From assembly GCA_048882485.1 (NCBI GenBank), contig JBHLRP010000015.1, forward strand, positions 8,327-67,536: 59,210 nucleotides of DNA. Direction: 5' to 3'. The translations under genes and the position numbers were made by a program. Positions within the stretch are counted from its first letter, which is position 1; every line of letters starts with the position of its first letter. This DNA comes from Candidatus Thorarchaeota archaeon. GTDB lineage: Archaea > Asgardarchaeota > Thorarchaeia > Thorarchaeales > Thorarchaeaceae. Shown piece after piece: positions 19,010-28,937 of this stretch. Below the pieces are notes generated by a model. It was given only the letters and a program-made list of their open reading frames with translations. It had not been told where the DNA came from and searched no databases.

Positions 19010-19740
19010 TAGCTCTTTCCCAACTCCGGTTTTTGATAGCGAAGGGCAAGAGCCGCTAGTTTGCGGATCTTAGGACTGATTTTCAAGACGGAGAAGAAGT
19101 TCGCTATGGCTGCGGGCATACTTCGCTTCAATGTGCCAAAGCAGCCATCACATGGTGTTCCTGCCATCAGACACCTCGCCTCACAACCGGCCCTTGTGAT
19201 TGGACCCAAGCAGAGGACACCTTCCCGAATAAAACAGCTCTTTGGAGGCCTTGGTGGATTGATGCAGTTGATTTCAGTGGAGTAGTCTTGGTCCAGTGTG
19301 TAGGGACACTCAGCGCAGACATTCTTGTCAGGAAGAATGAAATCGGTCCCTTGAATCGCAGAGAGCAATAGGTTTCCCGTTAGATACTGAGGCGGAGGAC
19401 AACCCGGAAGCAGGGCGTGCAAATCAACATATTTGCCCACTGGGCACACTTGCATGTTTTCCGATTGACTCATAATACCACCAAGGACTGCACATGTTCC
19501 TAGAGCAACTATCTTCGCACCATCAGTGTAGAGCTGACGAATGAGATTCGCTTCGGATTCACTTGTAACACACCCTTCTACAAATGCTATCTCTGCTCGT
19601 TTAACAGAATTCTGGTCGGAGATGATTGGGAAGTAGCAAATATCCGCTGATTTTATGATATCAGGAAAGACAGGATTCGCGAGTAGCGAAAACAAACACC
19701 CGCTACAAGAGTTGAGTTGGACGAAGGCAAGTCGAGTCAT
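19009..19740 (-). CDS. mvhG: [NiFe]-hydrogenase small subunit (MvhG-like)
   Basis: SCSGC, VEG, GTCA..GG, PGCPP, VCAEC, CF...G.LCLGP.TRAGC.A.C...G.PC.GC.G; translationally coupled to both neighbours. Confidence 0.9.
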   Translation of the reverse strand: MTRLAFVQLNSCSGCLFSLLANPVFPDIIKSADICYFPIISDQNSVKRAEIAFVEGCVTSESEANLIRQLYTDGAKIVALGTCAVLGGIMSQSENMQVCPVGKYVDLHALLPGCPPPQYLTGNLLLSAIQGTDFILPDKNVCAECPYTLDQDYSTEINCINPPRPPKSCFIREGVLCLGPITRAGCEARCLMAGTPCDGCFGTLKRSMPAAIANFFSVLKISPKIRKLAALALRYQKPELGKS

Positions 19741-22268
19741 GTTTCAGTCGCCCCTCTCAAATCTTCTGCGAATTGATTGATATGATCTGCCACTATATGC
19801 CCTTCCAATGCTGATACTTTCAACACACGCACTCTGTTTTGTAACTCAGGCCCCAGAAACTCAATGAGCGCTTCAATCCGCTTAGTAGCTACTTGAATCC
19901 CATCGAGATGTCTACAAGCAGTTTCATGACACCCAATTAAGGTGATACCATCAAACCCAGCCTGTAGCGACTTTATTAGAAGATCGGCATCAATAGACAC
20001 GGTACATGGCACGCTGAGGAGGTAAGATCCTGCGTCATATTCGTACCGACGAGTGCCTGCATTGTCTACAGCAGGATAACCACAAGATTCACAACACAAG
20101 ACTAGAATTTTGGGAGATTGTTTCCCTTTTGATAGAGCTGAGATTGCAGCCCACATTTCATCCTGAACTCTCGATGCAGTAATAGCACCCGTGTGGCATA
20201 CGACCGCACACACTCCGCAGTTTCGGCATCCAAAGGAATCTATACGAATCGTATTCTCAACGAGTGCTATGGCATTATGAGGACACGCCTCGACACACAG
20301 ACCGCAAACTCCACATTTATCCTGGTCGACAATTACCATCAACTCGCCAGTTTCAAAACTATCGCGACCAAGAAAGAGGAGCGCCGCCAAGGCTGCTAGT
20401 TGTGCTTCACTCTCGAGCTGGGGATATGACTTAGGACCTGTTACAGCGCCACAAGCCCACACGCCCGTTGGAAGACTCTGGGCGTCCACAAATCCTCCAG
20501 ATTTGAGATTGAAACCAATTTCAGCTTGGAGCTTCGTCATGCGCTCATCTGGAGTCATTCCCATGTTGAGTACTATTAGGTCCCCACTGAAGTCACCAAC
20601 ATCAGTCTTGATAACATGATGACGCTTCCTCATGTACGATTGCAGGACATTGCAGACATGTACACGCTCATCCTCAGGAATTATTCCAGTGTGCGGGTTT
20701 GGTAAGCGTGAACGCTCGTATAGAACCTCGACTGAAATCTCGTCATCCATATCATCTATTAGACCCAAGTATTTGTGTGCAACATTGCAGCAATAGCCGG
20801 AACAGACAGTTTCAGAACCTACACACTGTAGGATGATTAATGATTTCACAGGCTTCCCATCGGAAACGCGAAGGATTCGTCCTTGAGTGGGGCCATCAGG
20901 AGCAAGCATGCGTTCAAATTCGTAGGATGATACAACATCATTGTAGGGATCATAGGACAAGGGAAGAGAAGAAGTCGAATCTTCAGCATTAGGAAGAACT
21001 GCACCAGTGGCTAAGATAGTCCCTCCAACGGTGAACTTGACAATCTTAGATTCTTGATCCAAATCTATTGCATGTGATGGGCATGCCTCCAAGCAGTCAC
21101 GACATGACTTGCAGAACTCGATATCGTCTACCTCAATGACGGGCTTATGAGGATAGGCAAATGGACAAGGCAAGTGAATTATTCGATGTTGTCCGATGCC
21201 AAGCTCAAACTCATTGGGCCTGGTTTCTGGGCAGGCCATGGTACATTCTCCACACATTGTGCAGCGAGTTAGATCGACATAGCGTGGAGATTGGATGGCT
21301 GTGACTTCATAGTTGCCCGCCTCTCCTGTTATGCTTGCGAGTTCGCTTTCCGTGAAAATGCGCACGTTTCCAGCAAGCATGACCGATGAAACCAGCTCAC
21401 TAATCATACAAGGGCTGCAGTCTGCTGACCCATGTATTCGTTCCCAGTGTCTAGCAGCTCCACCCAGACAAGGAGCACTCTCGATTAGTATCACATCTAA
21501 CGGAGACTTGGAAAGCACGTTAGCTGCAGTCAATCCTGCAATTCCCCCACCGATGATGGCCACGCTCTTGCGAATGGGCACCACCCTCCTTGTAGCATGA
21601 ACATAGTGACGCAGCTTCGCCACACTGGCCGCAATCAATAGCAGTGCTTTTTCGGTAGCAGACTCAGTATTGCGACGATGGACCCATGAGCAATGCTCTC
21701 TGATATTGGCGAACTCAACAGGCATCTCCAGTTGTTCGCATATCTTGCTGAATAAGTCATGGTGCAATCTTGGAGAACAGGCTGCGACTACCAGACCATT
21801 CAGAAAGTGCTTACCGCACCACGACTTGATCTTCTCTACATTATCTAGCATGCACAGGAAGGGGAAAATCCTCTTGGCCCTGACAGTTGGTAGCTCTGAA
21901 ACTTCTTCTATGAGTGCTGTTGTGTCTATCGCACGATCAATCTCAGACCCGCATGAACATAGGATAACGCCAACTCTGTGAACCCTATCAATGGTTTCAG
22001 TGATGTGTGCCTCAGTTAGCCTACCGGTCATTAATTGATCTTTTGTTGACATGAGACGGACTGCATTCTGACCTGCTGCTGTAAGCCTATAGAGGCCGTG
22101 ATGCTTTTCTATGAATCCATCTAGCTTCTTGAGATGATAGTTTAGTAGGCCAGTTTCATCCAGTCCTAATCTACTCAATAGGGTCTTGTAAGGAACCAAC
22201 CGATCGGAATCAAGAATCTTCAGTATCTTTTCTCGCAAAGGATGTGCGAGGGCAGCGTATATGTTCAT
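19737..22268 (-). CDS. hdrA: ArsR-type winged-helix + HdrA (FAD, Fe-S) + ferredoxin + MvhD fusion protein
   Basis: N-terminal IYAALAHPLREKIL...LLNYHLKKL...YRLT.AG wHTH; GVILCSCG, AACSPRLH, NIREHCSWVH, GGGIAG, DCSPC, EFERML, QCVGS, CSGYCC, GPK; four ferredoxin motifs; C-terminal MvhD CCESCGY/VPC/GCH...C. ATG 22268 preferred; the ORF is open to 22394. Confidence 0.9.
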   Translation of the reverse strand: MNIYAALAHPLREKILKILDSDRLVPYKTLLSRLGLDETGLLNYHLKKLDGFIEKHHGLYRLTAAGQNAVRLMSTKDQLMTGRLTEAHITETIDRVHRVGVILCSCGSEIDRAIDTTALIEEVSELPTVRAKRIFPFLCMLDNVEKIKSWCGKHFLNGLVVAACSPRLHHDLFSKICEQLEMPVEFANIREHCSWVHRRNTESATEKALLLIAASVAKLRHYVHATRRVVPIRKSVAIIGGGIAGLTAANVLSKSPLDVILIESAPCLGGAARHWERIHGSADCSPCMISELVSSVMLAGNVRIFTESELASITGEAGNYEVTAIQSPRYVDLTRCTMCGECTMACPETRPNEFELGIGQHRIIHLPCPFAYPHKPVIEVDDIEFCKSCRDCLEACPSHAIDLDQESKIVKFTVGGTILATGAVLPNAEDSTSSLPLSYDPYNDVVSSYEFERMLAPDGPTQGRILRVSDGKPVKSLIILQCVGSETVCSGYCCNVAHKYLGLIDDMDDEISVEVLYERSRLPNPHTGIIPEDERVHVCNVLQSYMRKRHHVIKTDVGDFSGDLIVLNMGMTPDERMTKLQAEIGFNLKSGGFVDAQSLPTGVWACGAVTGPKSYPQLESEAQLAALAALLFLGRDSFETGELMVIVDQDKCGVCGLCVEACPHNAIALVENTIRIDSFGCRNCGVCAVVCHTGAITASRVQDEMWAAISALSKGKQSPKILVLCCESCGYPAVDNAGTRRYEYDAGSYLLSVPCTVSIDADLLIKSLQAGFDGITLIGCHETACRHLDGIQVATKRIEALIEFLGPELQNRVRVLKVSALEGHIVADHINQFAEDLRGATET

Positions 22269-22392
22269 AGTTTTATCGCCCTTTAACTTGACTAGTTCTG
22301 GTGGAGCCTGCAGCAGCCAAGAGCTTCCCGTGCTCGGCAGGACACCGAAACTCGCAGTTTCATTGTCAAGCCCACATTCTTTGCTAGCAATC

Positions 22393-22412
22393 ATGACAAT
22401 AAATGTTGTCTT
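22393..22412. promoter_or_regulatory. Palindromic operator ATGACAA-N6-TTGTCTT upstream of the hdrA fusion operon
   Basis: Same arms and spacer length as 17628-17647, with one mismatch. Confidence 0.55.
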
Positions 22413-22559
22413 GTAAAGGATGCTTCTTATCAGGACATGTCATAAGTGAGACGAAGACGCAACGAGTATTGACGCGGTTCTTCCAAATCATGGTTTGAGA
22501 TCTTGTTCCAATTAGGGAGAGCGTGTTTCACTTGTCTTTTGATTATCTATAAGAATCGC

Positions 22560-22618
22560 AAAATGAAAGGGCGCTCAGCAGTGTGATAGGGCCAGTTCCC
22601 CAAATGCTCTACTCATAC
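22560..22618 (+). repeat. Dispersed repeat type A (hairpin with compensatory changes)
   Basis: Core + GTGTGATAGGGC...GCTCTACTCATAC. Confidence 0.85.
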
Positions 22619-23015
22619 TATATTCGGTCCGTGACTTATTTCAATCGTCACCAGAATTAGTATCGACCCTTATCTGATTCGCGGGCTCGATTTTCTGATA
22701 AGTCTGGAGTATATTTCAGGCCCGGATAATATTGGACTAGAAATGTGGTGGAAAACGATGGAATCACTGCTAAAATGACTCAGAATTTCACTTGTCCGGC
22801 AGAAAGACAAAGACGGTATATTGAAGATGCAGAGGATCATCCTTGATACGCCTAATATGAACAAATGCTCTCAGATGACTCTCCGCACATTGTTCGAGGT
22901 ATCTTTCGACCTGAATTTCACTTGTTGTTGTTAACAGATGCTGAATCATTTAGATAGCCCCTTATGCACGGCTCTAGACTCTAATGGCAATGCATGCTTC
23001 TTGGTGAGAGTGAAT

Positions 23016-23330
23016 TCAAGCTGCCTCCTGTGTTTCTTGTTCCATTTCCCACTCATCCTCCCCCAGCTCATCCCTCAATAAGCGGATCAAGCGGTTTCTG
23101 GTTATTGCAAAGGTTTCTTGTCTTAGAGCGGTTGTTATGACAGCCAAACTCCTGACAAGATCAAGAATTGGGTATTCACTTGAGCTTGCCAGCCATTTCT
23201 CCTCCTCAAGTATCTCGTCTACCTCTTCTAGGTCTGCTGGCAGATTGATTTCCGATAGAATATGCATAGCATCTCTTCTAAGACGGCTCAATGATTCCGA
23301 TAGTAGATGGATTCTTTCGTTCCCTTCCAT
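23016..23330 (-). CDS. Hypothetical helical acidic protein
   Basis: ORF open to 23411; ATG 23330 follows a purine-rich RBS. No family recognised. Confidence 0.55.
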   Translation of the reverse strand: MEGNERIHLLSESLSRLRRDAMHILSEINLPADLEEVDEILEEEKWLASSSEYPILDLVRSLAVITTALRQETFAITRNRLIRLLRDELGEDEWEMEQETQEAA

Positions 23331-23837
23331 TCTAGTCCCCTCTCTTTTCTGAAATTGGAGCTTTGTGGTCCAATAATGTGCCGCAAATAGACTTGTGCCA
23401 ATCCAATCCATGGCACGGGTTCTCAGAATCTGATGTCATTTTTTCTCTCAATTGTATTCACTTCTAAGTCATTCTTTACATCTAATATGGCTGAAAAAAC
23501 AGGATTCGGATTTAGTACCCAACCTTTGATGTCCGTGATGCATCCAAAGTAATGACCATGAAGGCATCAATTCTTGGACCGAAGGCTGCTTTCTCCAATG
23601 CTATGTCTGTTCTTAGTATATCTAGCAGTTAGTGCGAAGACTTCCGCTTATAAATATAATCAAAAGATTAATAGAACACTATAAAAATTATACAATCGTT
23701 ATATAAATTATTATCTTTAGAATTGTAACTCCACACCTTGGAATATGAATTGTTGTGAGAGTATCAAGTGCATGGTTCAATCTGAAAGTATTTAGTCATG
23801 AACCTTAAGCCCGTGCAGTCAAGGACTGTTATTCATA

Positions 23838-25142
23838 TTGTCAGAGAACCCCATAGAACTAGACGGCGCAGATTCTCCTAGTCCAAACTATGAAGGAAGT
23901 GTACTTACTGTACTAAATCTCTCTCTGGTGACGTTCCTAGTCATCATTGGTCTGAGCATGGTCGCACCAATTCTTCCTACTTACGCGGAGAGCTTTCAAG
24001 TCTCTTACACACTTGTTGGTTTTGTTGTGTCATCCTTTGCAGTAATGCGAATGCTTCTTGATTTGCCTGCAGGTCTTTTCTCAAGGAGGTTTGACAAGAA
24101 GAAAATCATGATGTCAGGCTTGGTTCTAATCTCTACATCATCCGTGCTGGCTGGTTTCGCTCTCAACTATTCTACTCTTGTTATTGCTCGAATGATCGAG
24201 GGAGCAGGTTCAGCTCTGTATGTCACCACAGCAACAGTGTTCCTTGCTCAAATCTCTGGAGAGGAGAAGAGGGGACAATGGATGAGTCTTTACATGGGAA
24301 TGTTGCTTCTCGGTGCCATCTTTGGACCAACATTTGGAGGTATTATTGCAGACGTGTATGATATTCGTGCACCCTTTTTTGCCTACGCATTGATAACAGG
24401 CATTAGTTTGATTCCAACATTCGTATTGCCAAAGCTGCCTAATTCCGGAAATGGCTCTTCTCTTTCCCGAAATCAAATCCTCCATGACATGAAGGAAGTT
24501 CTCTCCACCCCCTCGTTCCTCTTGGTGACCTTTGCAGTCTTCACAACATTCTTTCTGCGAACAGGGGTGAGAACTACGCTAGTACCCCTATATGCGGCTA
24601 ATAACTTGGGGCTAGACTCCGGTGCCATTGGCCTCATCCTTACTATTGGGGGAGTAACAACAGCTCTTACAATTACACCGATGGGAAGTGTTTCAGATAG
24701 AATTGGGAGAAAGATTCCCCTAGCATTATGCCTTATTCTGACTGCGGGAGTTACGTTACTAATCCCACTATCTACAGATCTGTTCACGCTGTCCTTTGCT
24801 ATGGCAGTATATGGAGCGGTCATTGGGTTCTCGGGTCCTAGCGCAGCCTATGTGACTGATGTATCACCACAGGACAAATTGGAGATATCCATGGGACTCT
24901 ATCGAATGATCAGTGACTTTGGTTTCGTCGTGGGACCTCTTCTACTTGGCCTTTTAGCAGACATAACAGCCACTCCTGTAGTTGGAGCATCCCACTCAGG
25001 TCTAATTGGATTGGTTCCTTTTGTGGCGGCATCAATTATCCTTATTGTAGCATTCTTTGTACTCCTAAAGGCTGATGATCCAGCAAAGGATAGAAACCAA
25101 TTGAAGAACAGAGAAGTACAGATTTCTGACGCTCGAAGATAG
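23838..25142 (+). CDS. MFS transporter (DHA1-like)
   Basis: 12 TM; PAG..SRRFDKK and GSVSDRIGRK motif A, ARMIEGAG, GPTFGG. Confidence 0.92.
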   Translation: MSENPIELDGADSPSPNYEGSVLTVLNLSLVTFLVIIGLSMVAPILPTYAESFQVSYTLVGFVVSSFAVMRMLLDLPAGLFSRRFDKKKIMMSGLVLISTSSVLAGFALNYSTLVIARMIEGAGSALYVTTATVFLAQISGEEKRGQWMSLYMGMLLLGAIFGPTFGGIIADVYDIRAPFFAYALITGISLIPTFVLPKLPNSGNGSSLSRNQILHDMKEVLSTPSFLLVTFAVFTTFFLRTGVRTTLVPLYAANNLGLDSGAIGLILTIGGVTTALTITPMGSVSDRIGRKIPLALCLILTAGVTLLIPLSTDLFTLSFAMAVYGAVIGFSGPSAAYVTDVSPQDKLEISMGLYRMISDFGFVVGPLLLGLLADITATPVVGASHSGLIGLVPFVAASIILIVAFFVLLKADDPAKDRNQLKNREVQISDARR

Positions 25143-25157
25143 TCTTCTAGCAAAATT

Positions 25158-25234
25158 AAACGAAAGGATGATCAGCGGTAGGCAATAGGAAATCCATCAA
25201 ATACTCTATCCTGCCACCTCTACTTTCCTCTACC
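25158..25234 (+). repeat. Dispersed repeat type A, overlapping the stop codon of the DinB-like gene
   Basis: AAACGAAAGGATGATCAGCGG...AATACTCTATCCTGCCACCTCTACTTTCCTCTACC. Confidence 0.7.
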
Positions 25235-25726
25235 CTCCTTTATCCAACGCCGAATCCTACTTTTTGCCCATCGATAATGATTAGCGGAGTTCGCCAGAAT
25301 GTAGCCAGCAATATTCTCAGTCCCAGTCCATTCGTATCTACCGACCTCAAACAAATCCTCTTCAGGGATACCATTGATTGTATCAAGCAACCTCTCGTAG
25401 GATGATCGAAATTCTGCCTTCACATCGTCAAGGGTCCGATTTCGATGTTTTTCAAAGACCTCCTGATTCAAGATGTGCAGTTGGCTCCATTTCAGACCTG
25501 GCGCAGGTGTTTCAGGCACTTCACCTCGGAGTCCTGCTTCGTACCATCCAAGAAATCTCTGCTCCCAGTCAAAGAGATGGGCTATGATGTCCTTCACAGA
25601 CCACTCCGCGATGACACCAGGCACCAACATGTCTTCATCAGAAAGGGGCTCGATGTTCTTTTCTAACCTGCGACGTTCAGTATGGATCCTTTCTATAATG
25701 CTCTCCTTGGTTTTACGCTTCTTCAT
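25220..25726 (-). CDS. ClbS/DfsB (DinB superfamily) four-helix bundle protein
   Basis: WSVKDIIAHL.DWE, P.PG.KW....LN, NSANHYRW. Confidence 0.85.
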   Translation of the reverse strand: MKKRKTKESIIERIHTERRRLEKNIEPLSDEDMLVPGVIAEWSVKDIIAHLFDWEQRFLGWYEAGLRGEVPETPAPGLKWSQLHILNQEVFEKHRNRTLDDVKAEFRSSYERLLDTINGIPEEDLFEVGRYEWTGTENIAGYILANSANHYRWAKSRIRRWIKEGRGK

Positions 25727-25808
25727 TTAGACCCACTCACGAATTATCAAATATCGTTGCACTTGCCAGCAATAACTATTGAGTTCGTAGCCATTATAGG
25801 GATAGCAC

Positions 25809-25888
25809 AAAATGAAAAGGGCGTGCAGCAATGGGCAATCCTCAGTAATCAATCTCATCATCGCCTACACTTCTTTCCACCTTAGAAG
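25809..25888 (+). repeat. Dispersed repeat type A
   Basis: AAAATGAAAAGGGCGTGCAGCAATGGGCAATCC...TCGCCTACACTTCTTTCCACCTTAGAAG. Confidence 0.8.
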
Positions 25889-25988
25889 ACAAAGGTGATC
25901 CATCCGCGGCTTCCGCTACGGATACCTTGTTAAATAGTGAAAGAAATCACAAGCAGAATAGACTCACTTCATATCAGAGGGTCAATAA

Positions 25989-26579
25989 ATGAATAGGATG
26001 AATCCCAAGGTTGATGCATATTTGAGCAAAGCCAAAGAGTGGCAGGAAGAATTCGAGAAATTGAGAATGATTATTCTTGATTGTGGGTTGACTGAGGAAT
26101 TGAAGTGGGGCAAGCCTTGCTACACGTTTCAGAAAAGTAACATAGTTATAATTCAGGGATTCAAGGAATATTGTGCACTTCTTTTTTTCAAAGGCGCCTT
26201 GTTGAAAGATGCCAATGGTATTCTAATCAAACCAGGGGAGAATACGCAGGCGGGGCGCCAGATTCGGTTCACCAATTCTCAACAAGTAGATGAGATAGAA
26301 CCAATCTTGAAAGACTATATTCATGAAGCCATTGAAGTGGAAAAAGCGGGTTTGAAGGTTGATTTTAAGCCGACTACAGAATTCAAAATTCCTGGGGAAT
26401 TTCAAAGTAAGTTGGATGAAATCCCTGCCTTGAAAACTGCTTTTGATGCATTGACGCCGGGACGACAAAGAGCGTACATTCTCTATTTCTCTCAACCCAA
26501 ACAATCCAAAACCAGGAATTCAAGGGTTGAAAAATATATGCAGCAAATTCTCAATGGGAAGGGATTGAATGACCGTTAA
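25989..26579 (+). CDS. YdeI/OmpD-associated family protein (DUF1801 + OmdA)
   Basis: NPKVDAYL, LTEELKWGKPCY, FKEYCALLFFKGALL, AFDALTPGRQRAY, KQSKTR..R, GKGLND; very bacterial-like. Confidence 0.92.
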   Translation: MNRMNPKVDAYLSKAKEWQEEFEKLRMIILDCGLTEELKWGKPCYTFQKSNIVIIQGFKEYCALLFFKGALLKDANGILIKPGENTQAGRQIRFTNSQQVDEIEPILKDYIHEAIEVEKAGLKVDFKPTTEFKIPGEFQSKLDEIPALKTAFDALTPGRQRAYILYFSQPKQSKTRNSRVEKYMQQILNGKGLNDR

Positions 26580-26771
26580 ATTCGATGATAGCATAAATTG
26601 ATCAAAATTCAAGATACCGCCTCATTCTTCGTTCATTCGAACTTCGAATCTACTAACTTCAAACAAATCCTCTTCAGCAATGCTATTGAGTTCATAGACA
26701 TTATGATATCAAATACTATCTTTTTCAATGTCTTAAGAAAACCTGCTAAGGTTTGTAGTATTGATGGGCTT

Positions 26772-27683
26772 CTACGGTTTCAGGTTTGTCAAGTCCAAAC
26801 TGACTTCCCAAAGCCGTTTTGCGGTTCCCAAGTCATAGGACTCATCTGAGGATTGCTTTTCTGACTTCTTCTCGAAGTATTTGCCTGTAACACCCTCGAT
26901 CTCAGGGGAAGCCGCGAGATAGATTGAAGTTTCCGCTCCTTTCTCAGGACTGCTTGCGAAGCGGCTAAAGATTCTATAGAGCATCCGATAGAATCGTGAG
27001 AGGTCAGGGTCCTTCTCAACAAGACCAGTAGCTACTGCACCTGGATGAAGACAATTAGCTGTGACCCCTGTGCCATCAAGTCTTCTTGCCAGCTCATAGG
27101 TAAACAGTACCAAAGCTAGTTTGCTCATATTATTCGCTCTCGAGCCATCATACTTGTTCTCTGACATCAGGTCATTGAAATTCATAGTTGCCTTTCTATG
27201 ATAGGCACCGGCCACATTGACTATGCGTGATGGTGCACTCGCTTTGAGTTTCTCAATGAGGAGATTCGTCAATAGGAAAGGGGCCAAGTAATTGACGGCG
27301 AATGTTGTTTCAATACCCTCTTCTGTGATAGTTCTCCTCGTCCTGTACGTTCCCGCATTGTTAACTAAGATATGAAGAGCTTGATAGCGATTCTCAAACT
27401 CTTTGGTAAGCCCTCGAATAGAATCCTGTAATGACAAGTCGCACAACAGAAAGCTGACCTGGTCATTACCTGTCTTGCTAGCAATTTCTTTAGCTGCCGC
27501 CTCTGCCTTCGGTTCATTGCGACACGCTAGCACCACATTTGCACCCATATTCGCAAGTCCAATAGCTGTCGCCTTTCCAATTCCGGAGCTAGCTCCTGTG
27601 ACCATGCAGACCTTGTGTTTCAAATAATCTGACTTGCCATGATTTTCTGTCAAATCGTTCACCTTCCTCCCAATCGCAATCAT
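26772..27683 (-). CDS. Short-chain dehydrogenase/reductase (retinol-dehydrogenase-like)
   Basis: TGASSGIG, LVNNAG, FAVNYLAPFLLT, LHPG.VAT. Catalytic YxxxK appears as NNMSK. Confidence 0.9.
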   Translation of the reverse strand: MIAIGRKVNDLTENHGKSDYLKHKVCMVTGASSGIGKATAIGLANMGANVVLACRNEPKAEAAAKEIASKTGNDQVSFLLCDLSLQDSIRGLTKEFENRYQALHILVNNAGTYRTRRTITEEGIETTFAVNYLAPFLLTNLLIEKLKASAPSRIVNVAGAYHRKATMNFNDLMSENKYDGSRANNMSKLALVLFTYELARRLDGTGVTANCLHPGAVATGLVEKDPDLSRFYRMLYRIFSRFASSPEKGAETSIYLAASPEIEGVTGKYFEKKSEKQSSDESYDLGTAKRLWEVSLDLTNLKP

Positions 27684-27762
27684 TGTAGTTGTTTCATATT
27701 CTGATGATTTACTATTAATCCTCCAGAATCAAGAAGACGTGCTGCTGGCACGGCTTTTGTTG

Positions 27763-27972
27763 CTAATTTGTAATTTGATCTAGGCCAGCAATGCCTAGAC
27801 AAGCCAGAGCAATCCCAGCAAGGGATTGATCGACTGGTTGGCCAACTATTGGTAGTATGACTATAACAACTCCCATCGCCAGTGCAATTGCATATAGTAC
27901 AAGAATCACCAACTTTTTCGGGGAAAGCCCCTCAGATGCCAAATCTTCTCTAATCTCTTCCATTTCTCTCAT
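27763..27972 (-). CDS. Small two-TM membrane protein
   Basis: 69-aa ORF with two hydrophobic helices. Confidence 0.6.
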   Translation of the reverse strand: MREMEEIREDLASEGLSPKKLVILVLYAIALAMGVVIVILPIVGQPVDQSLAGIALACLGIAGLDQITN

Positions 27973-28147
27973 CTCTTAGAACTTTGCGACATCACTCAAT
28001 GACCAATATCACTCTTCATTCGTATCTCAACCAAGATAAGAGTATAACGATGTTATGATTAAGAGGGAAGGCGGCTTAAGGCTGTGTCCTGTGAAGGTTT
28101 TCGTATATTTCCAACCTCAAGCATCATGCAATTGACTTCTTTCCAGT

Positions 28148-28216
28148 AAAATGAAAGGGTGCTCAGCAATGTGAGAAGGGCAGTTCCCCAATGCTCTCTC
28201 TCACCGCCGCCTCTGC
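28148..28216 (+). repeat. Dispersed repeat type A
   Basis: Core + GTGAGAAGGGCAGTTCCCCAATGCTCTCTCTCACCGCCGCCTCT. Confidence 0.92.
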
Positions 28217-28222
28217 ACCCAA

Positions 28223-28450
28223 TTAAGCCACCTTTTCAAAATCAACCGTTAAGGCTTGTCCACAATATGGACACTCTATCCTGTCGGGGCCAATCCAGTT
28301 CACCTTTTCAGTGTGAATGCTCGCCCCACAGTTGAAGCATTTCTGTGGAACTCGAGGCATCAGCATAGCCGATGTACCGCGATCAATTCGCTCAGGATTT
28401 CTCACCGTTACTCTGGATTTTCTCTTTCTTGTTGCACTTCCGCATCCCAT
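28223..28450 (-). CDS. Small zinc-ribbon protein
   Basis: CFNCGA ... V.W.GP...ECPYCG; two CxxC pairs. Confidence 0.7.
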   Translation of the reverse strand: MGCGSATRKRKSRVTVRNPERIDRGTSAMLMPRVPQKCFNCGASIHTEKVNWIGPDRIECPYCGQALTVDFEKVA

Positions 28451-28879
28451 CTGTTTCTCATCCTTCCTAATCATTTGATAAATAGTTTCTAATTCTCCCT
28501 GCGAAGACTCTCAGGTCTTCCTTATAATCAAGCATTAGCAACACAACTCTACTAGAAATTCCACCAACAAATAGAGGCGATACAAACATCAGTTCTTGCA
28601 TTTCATGTCATCCCCGTTATTTGTTAAAGGAAACCGCAAACAGGAGAGCTCTTCCGGATGTTCGGTATCGGTCAATGCGACGGCGTTTAGGGCGCATGCT
28701 GCTGTGCAAAGCCCTGATCTGTTCGGCCTTGTTCCCATCGCGGCCTAGACCGATGGATCCATCGACTGACTCTTCCTCAGCTCGACTTGTGGTTTTACGT
28801 TCTATTGATACATAACTTGTTTCACACGCCATGTTAATCACATGATACTAGATGCTAAGAACTCAGTTTAGTATTATAG

Positions 28880-28918
28880 CGTAATATGACGGTAGTAGTT
28901 TTTAAACGTAATATTACG
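28880..28918. promoter_or_regulatory. Two palindromic sites CGTAATAT(G/T)ACG upstream of a Bat-type HTH gene
   Basis: CGTAATATGACG at 28880-28891 and the perfect CGTAATATTACG at 28907-28918; related to 31595-31614. Confidence 0.55.
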
Positions 28919-28937
28919 GCTCATACTATATATTGCA

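Noticed and set aside
17675-22268. Selenocysteine in HdrA/MvhD/MvhA
   Set aside because: All relevant positions are Cys codons and the frames have no internal TGA.
23648-23725. Very AT-rich tract as a possible replication origin
   Set aside because: No ORB-like repeats or cdc6/orc1 nearby; more likely divergent promoter DNA.
28590-28841. GC-rich patch with ORFs 28617..28841 and 28621..28815; one minus frame reads GLCTAACALNAV like a ferredoxin remnant
   Set aside because: Too short and degenerate to call without a search.
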